From positions 64,001-128,000 of the IMG/VR virus record IMGVR_UViG_3300015615_000629: a DNA stretch of 64,000 nucleotides; one strand, 5' to 3'. Shown here in pieces: positions 29,527 to 39,606 of the stretch (position 1 is the stretch's first letter; every line of letters starts with the position of its first letter). The translations under genes were made by a program, and so were the position numbers. This DNA comes from a virus (lineage: Duplodnaviria; Heunggongvirae; Uroviricota; Caudoviricetes). The notes under the pieces are model-generated. The model did not search any database. It saw only the letters and a program-made list of their open reading frames with translations, and had not been told where the DNA came from.

Positions 29527-30098
29527 ATTAATTTCCCATATTGCGATAATTCTTTAAGAATGCGATATTGCGAAACTGGTGACAGATCGTATTTTACAAG
29601 TTCCGAATGTCCGAACATGAACCTTAACTTTTTGGTAAGATTAAATTCGTAACTAGAAGTAAAAATTTCGGACGGTTCATCACCATAAACTGTTCGTGCA
29701 AAGTTAGATTCCCAAAAATAAGAGATCGTATCTTTAACTATCTTTTCCAATGAAATATTTTTGGGTCTTTCGTGCCTTGTTGTGTAAAGAGCAGGAAAGT
29801 TTCCCAAACAAACAAAAGATTCACCAATATTTGGGCCGTTAAAAACTTTTTCTTTTCTCGAACTTGAATTTGTTACAAGAAGGTAAGGCCAAGAAGTCTC
29901 TTCTACAACATTGAAAATTAAGTAATAATTTAAAGCAGGAAATCTACAGTATACGTGTTCAAATCTTTCTCGCTCATCATCGCATGTGAACAAATTAATT
30001 GTTCGACTACATGCTCTGGTGTGTGTTTTTGCGAGTAGTCTTACAACACGGCCACCCAAAGCATCCGTATGCGATAGTTTAAAATATTTAATTTTCAT
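29523..30098 (-). CDS. Prokaryotic E2-like paralogue 1
   Basis: RTI, FPAL, PNIGESFVCLG, FWESNF. Confidence 0.55.
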   Translation of the reverse strand: MKIKYFKLSHTDALGGRVVRLLAKTHTRACSRTINLFTCDDERERFEHVYCRFPALNYYLIFNVVEETSWPYLLVTNSSSRKEKVFNGPNIGESFVCLGNFPALYTTRHERPKNISLEKIVKDTISYFWESNFARTVYGDEPSEIFTSSYEFNLTKKLRFMFGHSELVKYDLSPVSQYRILKELSQYGKLI

Positions 30099-31486
30099 TA
30101 TTTCAACAATCTCTCAGCCGTTTCGAGCGTGGTCATTTCCGGAGTATTACCCGAAGCAATAATCGCCTCCATACTTACAAACCCACCAGTCTTTTGTGAC
30201 AAATCAAAATTCTTGTTAATGAAGTCAATCACTTCTTTAGGATCAATACTGTGATGAAACACGATGTTGGGACCGTGTTCATTTAAGTAAACGGCACTAA
30301 GGTTGCCGAATTGTTTTAATCCCCGCGAAGTATTCTGGCCGCAGGCCATGCTACCGCATTCAAATTCACGCTGCGAAACAACCGGAACCTCGGAACCTTC
30401 ACGGATTGGTACATGAGCATGGACGATACAATCATAGCCTGGATGGTCGTTAAATACAATCCGCTGTGATTGTCCTCCAACCGATGGCTTCGCTCCGTAG
30501 GCGATCACCGTATCTGGCCCGTCTGTCTTGACTTTGACCAAACCAATTTCCGAGATTCTGTTGAAATCGGTTTTTCGGATTGACGTAAGAAACGTCTGGT
30601 CGTCCAATTTGCAGGCGAAATGGCCAGCAGTCGAACCACCAAAAGGCTTATACGCACCTTGTTCAATACAGTAATTAACCACTGTTCTCAAAGAATTCGG
30701 AACTAATTCAGAATTCCAAGGAACCGGTTCGCCAGAAACCACAGTTGAGCGTGTAAAGGTAAGGTGTGACCTTAACTTTGCAATTTCTACCAATTCTTGT
30801 AAAGTTCTCTCCCTTACCGTTGAAACTCCATATCTCGCCTCTTCTGGTGTTACAACCATATTAAGTCGTGTAACCGTATCATTAGCCAAAACAAGATTGC
30901 AACTGGCTCTCTTGCACAATTCCAAACCAGCAATGTATTGCTCGTCAGCGGACTTACCAGTAGTTGTTTTAAAGCCAATCAAAAAGATATCTTTACGGGT
31001 TTTTCTTATCTTTGAGATAATCTTTTCGGCAGGTGTGAGCCGCATGGTAGTTTCGCCATCGTTTGTAAGAAGGCGAGTCGCATGCTTATCGCTGATTGTT
31101 TCGCCAATTTGACCATCAAAATCAACCAACGCGGCCGACATAAAGATAATCTTAGTCTTATCATCTTGAGTTAGATGATCCAACAGAATTGAAATATCTT
31201 GATTTGTAATAAGCCTTGCATCGAAATCTTTATCTTTAATTTCTGCCAGGAGTTTAGCAGAATGGCGGTTAAGGTTTTTGCCGGCCATTCGTGTAAGGAT
31301 TGGCACTACATCCATTTTTGAAAAAGATTCTTGACAAATCCTATTCAAAACGCGAGCGGTGCGACCAAAAGCAGGTGCGGCCAGCGAAAGATGGTTCCGC
31401 ACGTGAGAGAAGGTGCCGCCGCCAATGATTACTACTCGTTTATTGTCCACTTGTCTGTCCTTGTGTGTGAAATCCACTCCAACCAT
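30098..31486 (-). CDS. CoaB (phosphopantothenate-cysteine ligase)-like domain fused to a class II aldolase/adducin-like domain
   Basis: IGGGT, MSAALVDF, LIGFK, CNLVLAND; C-terminal GHFA, FLTS, KPS, IVHAH, HG. Confidence 0.7.
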   Translation of the reverse strand: MVGVDFTHKDRQVDNKRVVIIGGGTFSHVRNHLSLAAPAFGRTARVLNRICQESFSKMDVVPILTRMAGKNLNRHSAKLLAEIKDKDFDARLITNQDISILLDHLTQDDKTKIIFMSAALVDFDGQIGETISDKHATRLLTNDGETTMRLTPAEKIISKIRKTRKDIFLIGFKTTTGKSADEQYIAGLELCKRASCNLVLANDTVTRLNMVVTPEEARYGVSTVRERTLQELVEIAKLRSHLTFTRSTVVSGEPVPWNSELVPNSLRTVVNYCIEQGAYKPFGGSTAGHFACKLDDQTFLTSIRKTDFNRISEIGLVKVKTDGPDTVIAYGAKPSVGGQSQRIVFNDHPGYDCIVHAHVPIREGSEVPVVSQREFECGSMACGQNTSRGLKQFGNLSAVYLNEHGPNIVFHHSIDPKEVIDFINKNFDLSQKTGGFVSMEAIIASGNTPEMTTLETAERLLK

Positions 31487-31865
31487 GACAAAATTTAAAA
31501 TCTTTTATAAAGGATTCTTCAATTGGACAAATAGATGTTACCGCATTAGGACCAACAGAATATGAACTTTGAACGGTTTTAGCCCTCATCTTGCCCCAAT
31601 GACAGTGAAAAGTTGTGCCATTGTATTCTGACCAACTTCGACTATAAACTAAACGATCCTTTTCATTAACCCAAACAAAAATAGATTGGCCGATATTCTC
31701 TAGCGGCTCAAAATTTTCTATACCTATAGGTCTTCCGTTACTATCGACCAAGACAACCGGCAAATTCTCCGGATTGTTTTGAATAATCTTTGCTTTTGCA
31801 TCCTTCCCTCCTACGAACGGCAACAAGGACAAAAATCCAGCGAAAGCACGACGAGTTAGTTTCAT
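31440..31865 (-). CDS. Hypothetical protein with twin-arginine-like signal
   Basis: MKLTRRAFAGFLSLL. Confidence 0.5.
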   Translation of the reverse strand: MKLTRRAFAGFLSLLPFVGGKDAKAKIIQNNPENLPVVLVDSNGRPIGIENFEPLENIGQSIFVWVNEKDRLVYSRSWSEYNGTTFHCHWGKMRAKTVQSSYSVGPNAVTSICPIEESFIKDFKFCHGWSGFHTQGQTSGQ

Positions 31866-31886
31866 TGATTTCCTTTCATGTTTTTC

Positions 31887-32489
31887 CTAAGCCGCCTGAC
31901 GTTGACGCATTTCATCCATTGAAAGAAGCGGTTGGCTTCCTGCAACTGTTGTAATTATCGCGGCTGTTGTCAACGCACCCGCCCCAAGAGCAATTACAAC
32001 CAACATAAAGGCAATGAATACGTTTGGAGCGTCATCGTCATCTGATTCAGCCTTTGGCCCCAACACTTCGAAAATTCCCTTTATCGCCGGCCCAAATCCT
32101 TCAATAGCACTCATCGTGTTGTGAACCTGTGCAAAAGTATTATAGGCTGCTACGCCGTAATTGAGAACCCCTCCATTTCGATAGGCTACCGCCCAACTAT
32201 CAATAGTAATCATCAAGCCAGAAAATAAGAGCCCAGGAACCAGCAGAACATAACCGACCTCGAATGAAAACACCATGTATTTTTCATTCAAAAACCCTAA
32301 AGAATGGGCACCAAAAACCAAAGCAATTAGATAGCACCAGCTAAAGCCGGTAGCACTCATAATCGCTCCCATCCAATTCATAAAGTGCTGCCAGCCGCCC
32401 GCACTTTTGGTTTCAGCCCATGCTTTGCCACAAGCAAAGGCGTTCCAAGCAGAAATTGCAAGATTAAGAATGAAAATGAAGATTAGCAT
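31887..32489 (-). CDS. Multi-pass membrane protein
   Basis: About four hydrophobic segments. Confidence 0.65.
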   Translation of the reverse strand: MLIFIFILNLAISAWNAFACGKAWAETKSAGGWQHFMNWMGAIMSATGFSWCYLIALVFGAHSLGFLNEKYMVFSFEVGYVLLVPGLLFSGLMITIDSWAVAYRNGGVLNYGVAAYNTFAQVHNTMSAIEGFGPAIKGIFEVLGPKAESDDDDAPNVFIAFMLVVIALGAGALTTAAIITTVAGSQPLLSMDEMRQRQAA

Positions 32490-32491
32490 TA

Positions 32492-32968
32492 TTATCCCTT
32501 AATGATTACGATGTCGTCTTGGAATTTGATTTCTTTAACAAAGAGACTGAAATCTCTTGTTGTTCGTTTTTCTTTAAGAGAATTGCAATAGAATTTGATT
32601 CCCTTGCGTTTGGCGGACAATTCATCAGCCGCTTTCACAATAATTTCAACCGAATCGCCTTTGAGATCGACAAAATTAAGAAGAAATACTTTATCGGGTT
32701 CTACTACTTTTGCAAGGGGAGCATAAGGAGCAAATTGGTACGGTGTGTCCAATAAAGCGTTTATTTCGTCTACATTTTGGAATTCTGCTGCTTCATTGGC
32801 AAGTTCATAATAGTTTAAGCCCAAATCAACCGCTAGATTGATAAGGTTTTCTACGTATTTGTTTGCGGATACTTCCGATGGGTTCAACACGCCAGGAGGA
32901 TCGTCTAACAAGTCCTCAATCGCTTTAACAAGGGCGATTCGGCAAAATTCACGTGTTTCAGGTTTCAT
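32492..32968 (-). CDS. Hypothetical protein
   Basis: 158 aa ORF. Confidence 0.5.
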   Translation of the reverse strand: MKPETREFCRIALVKAIEDLLDDPPGVLNPSEVSANKYVENLINLAVDLGLNYYELANEAAEFQNVDEINALLDTPYQFAPYAPLAKVVEPDKVFLLNFVDLKGDSVEIIVKAADELSAKRKGIKFYCNSLKEKRTTRDFSLFVKEIKFQDDIVIIKG

Positions 32969-33437
32969 TTGTCAGGACCGGCTTGTACTGAGAAAGCACA
33001 GTGTTAAATTTTTCATATGGAGCAACTAATTTAGTATTAAATCTATTTCTTTCTCCATCATCTGTGTATTTGAACGAATGTTCAAATTTCGTGGCCCAAT
33101 AAGAATTAATACAGTTTTCAACAGCCTCTTCTATTGTGCTGCCGCCGCGAATCATATTGCCAAAACACACCAAATAACCATTAGGAATTGCCGTCGGTGT
33201 ATATTCTTTTCCGTCTACAATCACGTTGACATACATTGAAGTGATTTGGGAATATTTGCCCGGCCGGTAGAATAGGTAAAACAGAAGATCTGGAACATGA
33301 ATAAATTCGCTTTGAGGCCATTCATCAAAACCAAATTGCTCTAGTAAAATTGTCCTTTTGTGTGCCGGAACCCATACTTTGGCCAACTTATATCCGTGCT
33401 GGTGAGGGTGTATGGGTTCAAATAGTTCTATTCTCAT
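32958..33437 (-). CDS. Prokaryotic E2-like paralogue 2
   Basis: KRTI, VPDLLF, PNGYLVCFG, YWATKF. Confidence 0.5.
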   Translation of the reverse strand: MRIELFEPIHPHQHGYKLAKVWVPAHKRTILLEQFGFDEWPQSEFIHVPDLLFYLFYRPGKYSQITSMYVNVIVDGKEYTPTAIPNGYLVCFGNMIRGGSTIEEAVENCINSYWATKFEHSFKYTDDGERNRFNTKLVAPYEKFNTVLSQYKPVLTNET

Positions 33438-34445
33438 TCAGAACTCCTTATAGATGCCCAAATCTCTTGGCTCATCTGAGTTTATTTCATCCTTTATTTT
33501 CTTATCTTTAGCTTCGTAAACCTTGATAGTCGCTTCAAGAGCCTCAGTTAAGACGGCCAAATTTTTCTTTTTGAATTTCTTGCTTTTCTTAAGCAATCCC
33601 ATAATGTCGTCACGAATATGTTTGTATTGTCCGATATTTTCTGAGGCGAAATCGATGATCGTTAAAAGACGATTCATCAGATGATTCAAATCTTTTTTCT
33701 TAGCAGATTTAACAAGGTTTAAATGAATTTCAGATAGTTCCTTAACGGATCTATCCATAGGTATTCCTAAATAAGGGCCTTCCTTATCAGCAAGAATTGT
33801 GCCAATATCTCTGTCTTCGTCGTTCTTATAATGATAATACTCATCATCAAACAGGAGAACGCAAATCCTGTGTAAAATATACGCTTTGGTGAATTCTGGA
33901 TTGTCCACCATAATTGAAAAACATTCGCCCTGTAATGTGCTGATTTTCTTATCAAGATTCAAATAACTTTTAGAAAGTTTGTCTTTGTATCGACGCAGAT
34001 AATAAGTTGTAGTTTCTAATTCGCTAAAAATACGATAAACTAAAGAAAGTGCTCTCCCTTCATAACATCGTTCCAAGAGCCTTGGAATGCTTAATCCTGC
34101 ATCTAGGAAGTTATGCGAATCCATCGGGCGTTCTTCCTGGGTAGAAAATTCCTCTGCTTCGTATGCTAATTTTGGAGCATGTCGTTTTAAAGCAAGTGCC
34201 CAAAGTCCGTTGTCGCTAGCTCTGATAACATTTGTCGAGTCAGAACCAATAATCCAATGTACTCCATTGGATTTAGAACCAATCAAATCATGCCAAATGT
34301 TTTTCAGATTAGACAATATTCGGATTAGATTTCTGGAAAAATATCCTGCTTTCTTCCGCTCTTCGGCCAACTCCTTATAGAGTTTATTTAGCCTATAAAC
34401 AGAAAATGTCATGCCGCCGAGACGTTCTTCGTCCGAGAGTCCCAT
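33438..34445 (-). CDS. Hypothetical helical protein
   Basis: Long ORF; start set at MGLSDEE. Confidence 0.55.
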   Translation of the reverse strand: MGLSDEERLGGMTFSVYRLNKLYKELAEERKKAGYFSRNLIRILSNLKNIWHDLIGSKSNGVHWIIGSDSTNVIRASDNGLWALALKRHAPKLAYEAEEFSTQEERPMDSHNFLDAGLSIPRLLERCYEGRALSLVYRIFSELETTTYYLRRYKDKLSKSYLNLDKKISTLQGECFSIMVDNPEFTKAYILHRICVLLFDDEYYHYKNDEDRDIGTILADKEGPYLGIPMDRSVKELSEIHLNLVKSAKKKDLNHLMNRLLTIIDFASENIGQYKHIRDDIMGLLKKSKKFKKKNLAVLTEALEATIKVYEAKDKKIKDEINSDEPRDLGIYKEF

Positions 34446-34861
34446 TACCAATTCCTGTAAAGTCTTAGTTGGCCTTCGGATAAAACATACTCGCCGTGTC
34501 CATAATCTGTATGTTCGACTCGACCAAGGCAATAAACGGAGTTATCTTTCAAAATAAGAATTGGTGTTAGTCCACCTTCGCCGCGAAAATCCCCGGCTGT
34601 AGTGTGTTGAGCACATTCGTATCGAAACGGACAGTCTGTTGATTCGCAATTAATGCCGCCATATTTGTTGGTTTCTAATTCAATATGGTTGCCACCAATT
34701 GCTTTAGAAAAGTATTGGCGGAAATATCTGGCCTCATCATCATCCAATTCCCATTCCGCCGAAAGACGTTGGATTTCCAATAAAACATCTGTGTCCGGAG
34801 CAATCCTTAAAGTTTGCTCCAACGCCTCGACAAGGGGTTTCATTTTCCTGTCAATGTTCAT
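34445..34861 (-). CDS. Hypothetical protein
   Basis: 138 aa ORF with a Cys cluster. Confidence 0.5.
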   Translation of the reverse strand: MNIDRKMKPLVEALEQTLRIAPDTDVLLEIQRLSAEWELDDDEARYFRQYFSKAIGGNHIELETNKYGGINCESTDCPFRYECAQHTTAGDFRGEGGLTPILILKDNSVYCLGRVEHTDYGHGEYVLSEGQLRLYRNW

Positions 34862-35234
34862 TTTTAATCAACTTGCCAAATTTGATAGTAACCGTGCGTT
34901 CCATATGTCCAACAACAGTAAAGTTTTCCAAATTGGAAGAATAATAATGGGCGTCTTGAACGAAAGTAATTTTCTCGCCCATTGGGTTGTAGGTGTTATT
35001 TGGATTAAGTCTTTGAACCGTTACGTGCCAAACATCTGGATAGACATCCATCGATTGGGCTCGACCGCCACCTGCGAATTCTGCTTCTACAACAAGCCAT
35101 TTGGCGGTTCCACGGCTAGCAGACTTTTTTATCAAATCATATTTGTTAATTTGATAGGATTTAACGCCGACTCGGCTAATGCGATCAGAGAAAGCCGGCG
35201 AAGTGATTACGTCACCAATTTGGAGTAGTTTCAT
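34851..35234 (-). CDS. Hypothetical protein
   Basis: 127 aa coupled ORF. Confidence 0.5.
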   Translation of the reverse strand: MKLLQIGDVITSPAFSDRISRVGVKSYQINKYDLIKKSASRGTAKWLVVEAEFAGGGRAQSMDVYPDVWHVTVQRLNPNNTYNPMGEKITFVQDAHYYSSNLENFTVVGHMERTVTIKFGKLIKNEH

Positions 35235-35554
35235 GATTTTTTACCTACAAGAGTGTACCCCGAAGCAACGGGTATTTCGCCGCCGTGGGTTTCAAAAATA
35301 CAACTCAAACATAAACTTCTCATTTCATCTTCGTCGAGTTTGGTTGGCTTTCCATCGTCATCATTAGCATGAAATAAACCATCTTTATAAACTACTTCCG
35401 TTTCAAATTTCATAAGTGTGGGCACATCCATCTCTTCGCCCATTATATCTTTATTGTAAACAATTCCGCCCACACCATTTTCGACAATTAGGCTATAGGT
35501 CTCATTGATTATGAGGACAGTAAAGCCCTCTTGGACAAACAAAAGATCGCTCAT
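35231..35554 (-). CDS. Hypothetical protein
   Basis: 107 aa coupled ORF. Confidence 0.5.
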   Translation of the reverse strand: MSDLLFVQEGFTVLIINETYSLIVENGVGGIVYNKDIMGEEMDVPTLMKFETEVVYKDGLFHANDDDGKPTKLDEDEMRSLCLSCIFETHGGEIPVASGYTLVGKKS

Positions 35555-35583
35555 TTGTTGTTTTGTAAACTATCTGGAGGTTA

Positions 35584-36495
35584 TTAAGAACTTGAGCACG
35601 TTATCTTCTTTTCGTATTCTCTCTTGGCGATGATAGCCTCTTCTTTAGTATCGAATCGTCCAAGGAACTTACGCTTCCAATGTGCCATCCACTTATTTCT
35701 CTCTTTATCAAAAGAGATATAAGTTTCACCCGATGTATTGCTACACGCTACAGTAAATTTTCTGCCGACATTGGACCTTTTACCACGCAAAATGTCGGAA
35801 ACAGAACTAATAGAGCATCCTAATTTGCCGGCAATTTGGCTTAAATTATTCCCTTCATCAAACATAAGTGGAATAGATTCGATTTGTTCCCGAGTGAGGA
35901 ACTTCGTTTTTGATTCTCTATATTTCAGTTTATAGGTGAAGCAATTAAATGCTATGTGCGGCTTAACCAATTCTATAAAGTCGAAGTAACAACAAGCACG
36001 CACGTTGATTACATTTTGATTGTCGAAATACGATTTTATCCCAAATGTCTCTAACTTGGCAACCAATATTTCGCAATCCTGTGCGGAGAAACAGTAAGTT
36101 GCGAGTTTACACGAACGATTATCTACACAGTTGCTGCCATCGTCACAATACCAAATAGCAATAGACAAAGGATCTAATTTTACATTTGGTGGAACGATTT
36201 TTGTTCCCGCAGGATACCACATTTTTCTCAAATCGGCGAAATAATGATAACTTTTAGTGGTAAATACAGACTTTAAGTATCTCTTACCTTCTGCGAAGTT
36301 TTCGTAAGTACGAACACTAGAAGAAAAAGGCTGTAATTCTGCGTGAGTCCACTCCAGATATTCTATCCGACGAGCCGTTTGCGACTTGCTAAAATACGAT
36401 TTACCATATCTTATCTTGCTGATACTGCCATCGCCTAAAAGTGAACCGATTATAATAGACTTTTGCTGTGTAGAAAGTAAAAGGTCGTTTATCAT
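35584..36495 (-). CDS. LAGLIDADG homing endonuclease with C-terminal HTH and AP2-like domain
   Basis: IIGSLLGDG, AIWYCDDGS, LSQIAGKLGCS, KWMA..FLGRFDTKEEA..A. Confidence 0.85.
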   Translation of the reverse strand: MINDLLLSTQQKSIIIGSLLGDGSISKIRYGKSYFSKSQTARRIEYLEWTHAELQPFSSSVRTYENFAEGKRYLKSVFTTKSYHYFADLRKMWYPAGTKIVPPNVKLDPLSIAIWYCDDGSNCVDNRSCKLATYCFSAQDCEILVAKLETFGIKSYFDNQNVINVRACCYFDFIELVKPHIAFNCFTYKLKYRESKTKFLTREQIESIPLMFDEGNNLSQIAGKLGCSISSVSDILRGKRSNVGRKFTVACSNTSGETYISFDKERNKWMAHWKRKFLGRFDTKEEAIIAKREYEKKITCSSS

Positions 36496-36531
36496 ACACT
36501 ATATGAGTATGATAAACGACCTTTTTACAAA

Positions 36532-37146
36532 TCAATCTTGTAAAGGAACGCTCCAGTAAATCTCCGAGAGGAACGCTTCCCAAGTCTTGGGAATAGTAAT
36601 CCTATCGCCTTTGAACAGCGAGAATGAAGGCTTAGTCGGCTTCTTAAGCAACTTCATTTTAGCCTGTTCTGGAGTTCTGTCTGCTTTACGATGGTTGCAC
36701 TTCGTACATGCAAGTACACAGTTTTCCCAAGTGGTCAAACCGCCCAATGCACGCGGAGTAACGTGGTCAATGGACAATTCAGCCGGCCCTGGCTGGCCAC
36801 CGCAATACATGCAAGTGTAGTTGTCACGCTTGTAAATCGAACGACGACTAAAATTGACTCGCGGACGAGGCAATCTGTCATATTCGGTTAACAAAATGAC
36901 TTCTGGAAGTCTATATTCGCGGGAAAACCCACGAATCACAGGCTCGCCATCTTTCGGCAAAACTTTAGACCAATCGGCCCAAGTGTACGTAGTAAATTCT
37001 TGGCTAGGATCAATAATCCTAGCTTTCGGTTCACCGCTTGCCGTAGTATTAGCCAATAATGTAATGGCACGCTGCATCGTCGCTACCCCGACGGCAGTCC
37101 ATAACTTGTTGAGTACCAAAACCTTATGCCTGTTCTTCAAAGTCAT
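36532..37146 (-). CDS. HNH endonuclease (McrA-like)
   Basis: VLVLN, RDNYTCMYCG, IDHVTPR..GG.TTWENCV.AC..CN.RK. Confidence 0.9.
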   Translation of the reverse strand: MTLKNRHKVLVLNKLWTAVGVATMQRAITLLANTTASGEPKARIIDPSQEFTTYTWADWSKVLPKDGEPVIRGFSREYRLPEVILLTEYDRLPRPRVNFSRRSIYKRDNYTCMYCGGQPGPAELSIDHVTPRALGGLTTWENCVLACTKCNHRKADRTPEQAKMKLLKKPTKPSFSLFKGDRITIPKTWEAFLSEIYWSVPLQD

Positions 37147-37193
37147 TTTGTCACCTTCTATCTAGGCAAAACCTGCCATAGAATTTCCTTTCT

Positions 37194-37793
37194 TTATTTA
37201 GCTTTCTTTCCCAGAAGATTATCGAAAATTGCCGTCAATCCTTCGGTTAATTCTTCATCCGTAATATTTTTCAAACTTTCTTCGTCCTCAAGTTGCCAAT
37301 CCCATTTCAATTCTTTTGGCATATCCTTGCAGCAATCTTCACACCACCAATTTCCTTCTTTATCAGAAGAATGGTAAGTGTTTTTGCCGCATTTACAACA
37401 AACCTCGGACGGTTCAAAAACCATCTGGCTCAAACCACATGTTTTGCAGAAACCCAAACCGTTCTTATAATTTCGGCGGTCGAAATTCTCCGGATTCTCG
37501 TGATCTGCTTTGCAGGCTAGGATTCTCTGGTACTTCTTCCAACAAGACGCCTCTGCCTCGGCAATGGTTCGCCCTTCACCCCGCAAAAAAGTGTCAGGCG
37601 TTCGCGGAAATGCCTCGAAAAAGGCGTTTCTTGACGGAACACTGAAATCGCCGCACTGAACAAAGCAATTATCCGGCCAAGAGTTTTGGCAAGTGTACCA
37701 ATCCTCGTCGGAAAACGAGCCAGTTGGAGCCAAGCGATTGCCAGATTCGTCTTTCCTTAACTTTTGGCGTTCTTCTTGGGTCAAGAAGCCCAT
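37194..37793 (-). CDS. Hypothetical Cys-rich phage protein
   Basis: AFFEAFP...FLRGEG, several CxxC. Confidence 0.55.
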   Translation of the reverse strand: MGFLTQEERQKLRKDESGNRLAPTGSFSDEDWYTCQNSWPDNCFVQCGDFSVPSRNAFFEAFPRTPDTFLRGEGRTIAEAEASCWKKYQRILACKADHENPENFDRRNYKNGLGFCKTCGLSQMVFEPSEVCCKCGKNTYHSSDKEGNWWCEDCCKDMPKELKWDWQLEDEESLKNITDEELTEGLTAIFDNLLGKKAK

Positions 37794-37796
37794 TTT

Positions 37797-38051
37797 TTAC
37801 TTTCTTACAGTGGGGAATTTAGTCCGACCCTCAATATAGGAATTTGCAACCCGTTTGACAAGCGGCTGTTTGCTCAAATACTCGGAAAAGTGCTTTTCCT
37901 TGCCGGCCGGCACTTCTACCGCCCAGCGATCCACTAAAGTTGATACCTGAAAGCCATCTAGGTTGTTATCAACCAGAAATCTTAAAATCTCTTGATACGT
38001 ACTTTCACGAAATGTTACAAACAGGGTGCCTTTTGGTTTCTTTTCAGCCAT
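37797..38051 (-). CDS. Small protein resembling a protease propeptide/inhibitor fold
   Basis: VTF...VEVPAGKE...PLVKRV. Confidence 0.4.
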   Translation of the reverse strand: MAEKKPKGTLFVTFRESTYQEILRFLVDNNLDGFQVSTLVDRWAVEVPAGKEKHFSEYLSKQPLVKRVANSYIEGRTKFPTVRK

Positions 38052-38076
38052 ATTTACCTTTGAATAAATCCTAAAA

Positions 38077-38189
38077 TGAACTATCCCACGTTGGAATTTC
38101 CTGCTTCGCTTACAGTTGCCTTTTGTCTATAATGACAAAATAAGTCTTACACCATATCCACAGGCTTTTTATTTCCGGTCGTTCCGACC
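38077..38189 (-). mobile_element. Orphan IS200/IS605 TnpB-type right end / omega-RNA remnant
   Basis: GGTCGGAACGACCGGAA...GCCTGTGGATATGGTGTAAGAC...GAAGCAGGAA...GTTCA resembles tnpB 3' ends. No tnpB ORF nearby. Confidence 0.6.
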
Positions 38190-38227
38190 TAGAAGATAAT
38201 CTAATCTAGTATAAAATACTCAAAACG

Positions 38228-38815
38228 TCAAGTTAAGTATCGAAATAAATCTACGAGAAATGATTTTAAAAACATAACAATCGCCGCAATTGTTACAAGA
38301 TCAGCCAAGTTAGAATCCTTAAAATCTACCAATTCTAAGGAAAACGAGTTATGCGTTGGTTGTTCTATCACCGTTTTAGTATGAAAAAATTGATTGAATT
38401 CACTTGTCCAAAACCTATTAATTAGGTAAAGATCGAACTTGCTTCTAAAAAAGAAGAAATAAAATTTTGGCAAATCAAATAAGCAAACAACCTTGCAGTC
38501 GGTAAGAATGTTATTGAAATACACTCTAGATTTTAGATCGGTTATCTTGTTGTCTGAAAAAGCCGTTTGAAGAACCGACATAAACTTGTAAAAGCCAAAA
38601 GTTAGCCAAACGATCTTTTTTGCTCTAATCACATAAGCGATATTTGGCACTTCTACTATATTAGTGGCCCGATAGGCGGTGCGTGACCCTTCTGCGTGGC
38701 CACAAACTGTTCTTGTCTTTGGCGGCTCTGTCCAGAAAGTTGTTACAGTGCCAAATGCTCCTAACGTGAAATAATTAACCAAGTTACGTTTGGTTGCTAT
38801 CCTTTTGACTTTCAT
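38228..38815 (-). CDS. Prokaryotic E2-like paralogue 3 with C-terminal hydrophobic segment
   Basis: KTRT, VPNI, VVCL, FWTSEF. Tandem paralogue of 38815-39396. Confidence 0.5.
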   Translation of the reverse strand: MKVKRIATKRNLVNYFTLGAFGTVTTFWTEPPKTRTVCGHAEGSRTAYRATNIVEVPNIAYVIRAKKIVWLTFGFYKFMSVLQTAFSDNKITDLKSRVYFNNILTDCKVVCLFDLPKFYFFFFRSKFDLYLINRFWTSEFNQFFHTKTVIEQPTHNSFSLELVDFKDSNLADLVTIAAIVMFLKSFLVDLFRYLT

Positions 38816-39396
38816 TAAGATAACCAGTATTTAATTGCTAAAACAATAGTTAAAATAATTGAAAACAATACAAAAACTAGTTTTTCTACACACTTTTGGT
38901 TCAAACTAGTTAATATTGTCGCAGAATCAAGTTCTTGTTGAGTTAGGTTTGTCGGCCGTGTGCCAAAGCAAAAATGTGTTGTCCAAAAGTGGTTTATCAA
39001 ATACCTGTCCAGATTTTTTCTGTAAAAATAAAAATAATTAATACCCCTATCTGACAAACAGACATCTCCTGCTTCTGTGTAATTAACACCGAAATGGCAA
39101 AGACCGTCCATAGCGTTTAAACTAACCGATAGCGGCCAAAAGCCCGCATAGAACCAAAAAACCCTAACGGCCTTTATGGTAAAGTTAATTTCTGGCACAT
39201 CTTTGGCAAAATATCGTCCGAATCCATCGTGTAAAGTTCTTGTTTTTTCCGGTTCCGTCCAGAAAGTAGTTACACTGCCAAAGGCCCCCAACGTCAAATA
39301 GTATAAAATACTACGTTTAGAACCAATGTACCTAACAGACCTTGACCGACGTTGAACCGCCCGTTTGGTACGATTTCGAGCCACCAGTTGTAACAT
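38815..39396 (-). CDS. Prokaryotic E2-like paralogue 4 with C-terminal TM helix
   Basis: TLGAFG.VTTFWTEP.KTRT shared with the neighbour; GDVCL, FWTTHF. Confidence 0.5.
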   Translation of the reverse strand: MLQLVARNRTKRAVQRRSRSVRYIGSKRSILYYLTLGAFGSVTTFWTEPEKTRTLHDGFGRYFAKDVPEINFTIKAVRVFWFYAGFWPLSVSLNAMDGLCHFGVNYTEAGDVCLSDRGINYFYFYRKNLDRYLINHFWTTHFCFGTRPTNLTQQELDSATILTSLNQKCVEKLVFVLFSIILTIVLAIKYWLS

Positions 39397-39541
39397 TTGT
39401 TACACAACCTCTTTTTGGAGGGGTAGAAGGGGTTGATGGCGTGTCTTCTCCACAACCACCACAACCGCCGCATTGATTTTTGGGCTTCCAAGAGCCATTA
39501 GACATCCCTGGCCCACGCCCTGTTACTGATGTTGCCGCCAT
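39332..39541 (-). CDS. Small Gly/Cys/Thr-rich protein
   Basis: MAATSVTGRGPG...CGGCGGCG, preceded by an AT-rich late-type motif. Confidence 0.45.
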   Translation of the reverse strand: MAATSVTGRGPGMSNGSWKPKNQCGGCGGCGEDTPSTPSTPPKRGCVTNVTTGGSKSYQTGGSTSVKVC

Positions 39542-39606
39542 GCAACTATATATCGTTAATAATATTCCCGGCAAACTCCATTAATTTGTTCAAAAAGTCC
39601 AACTTA

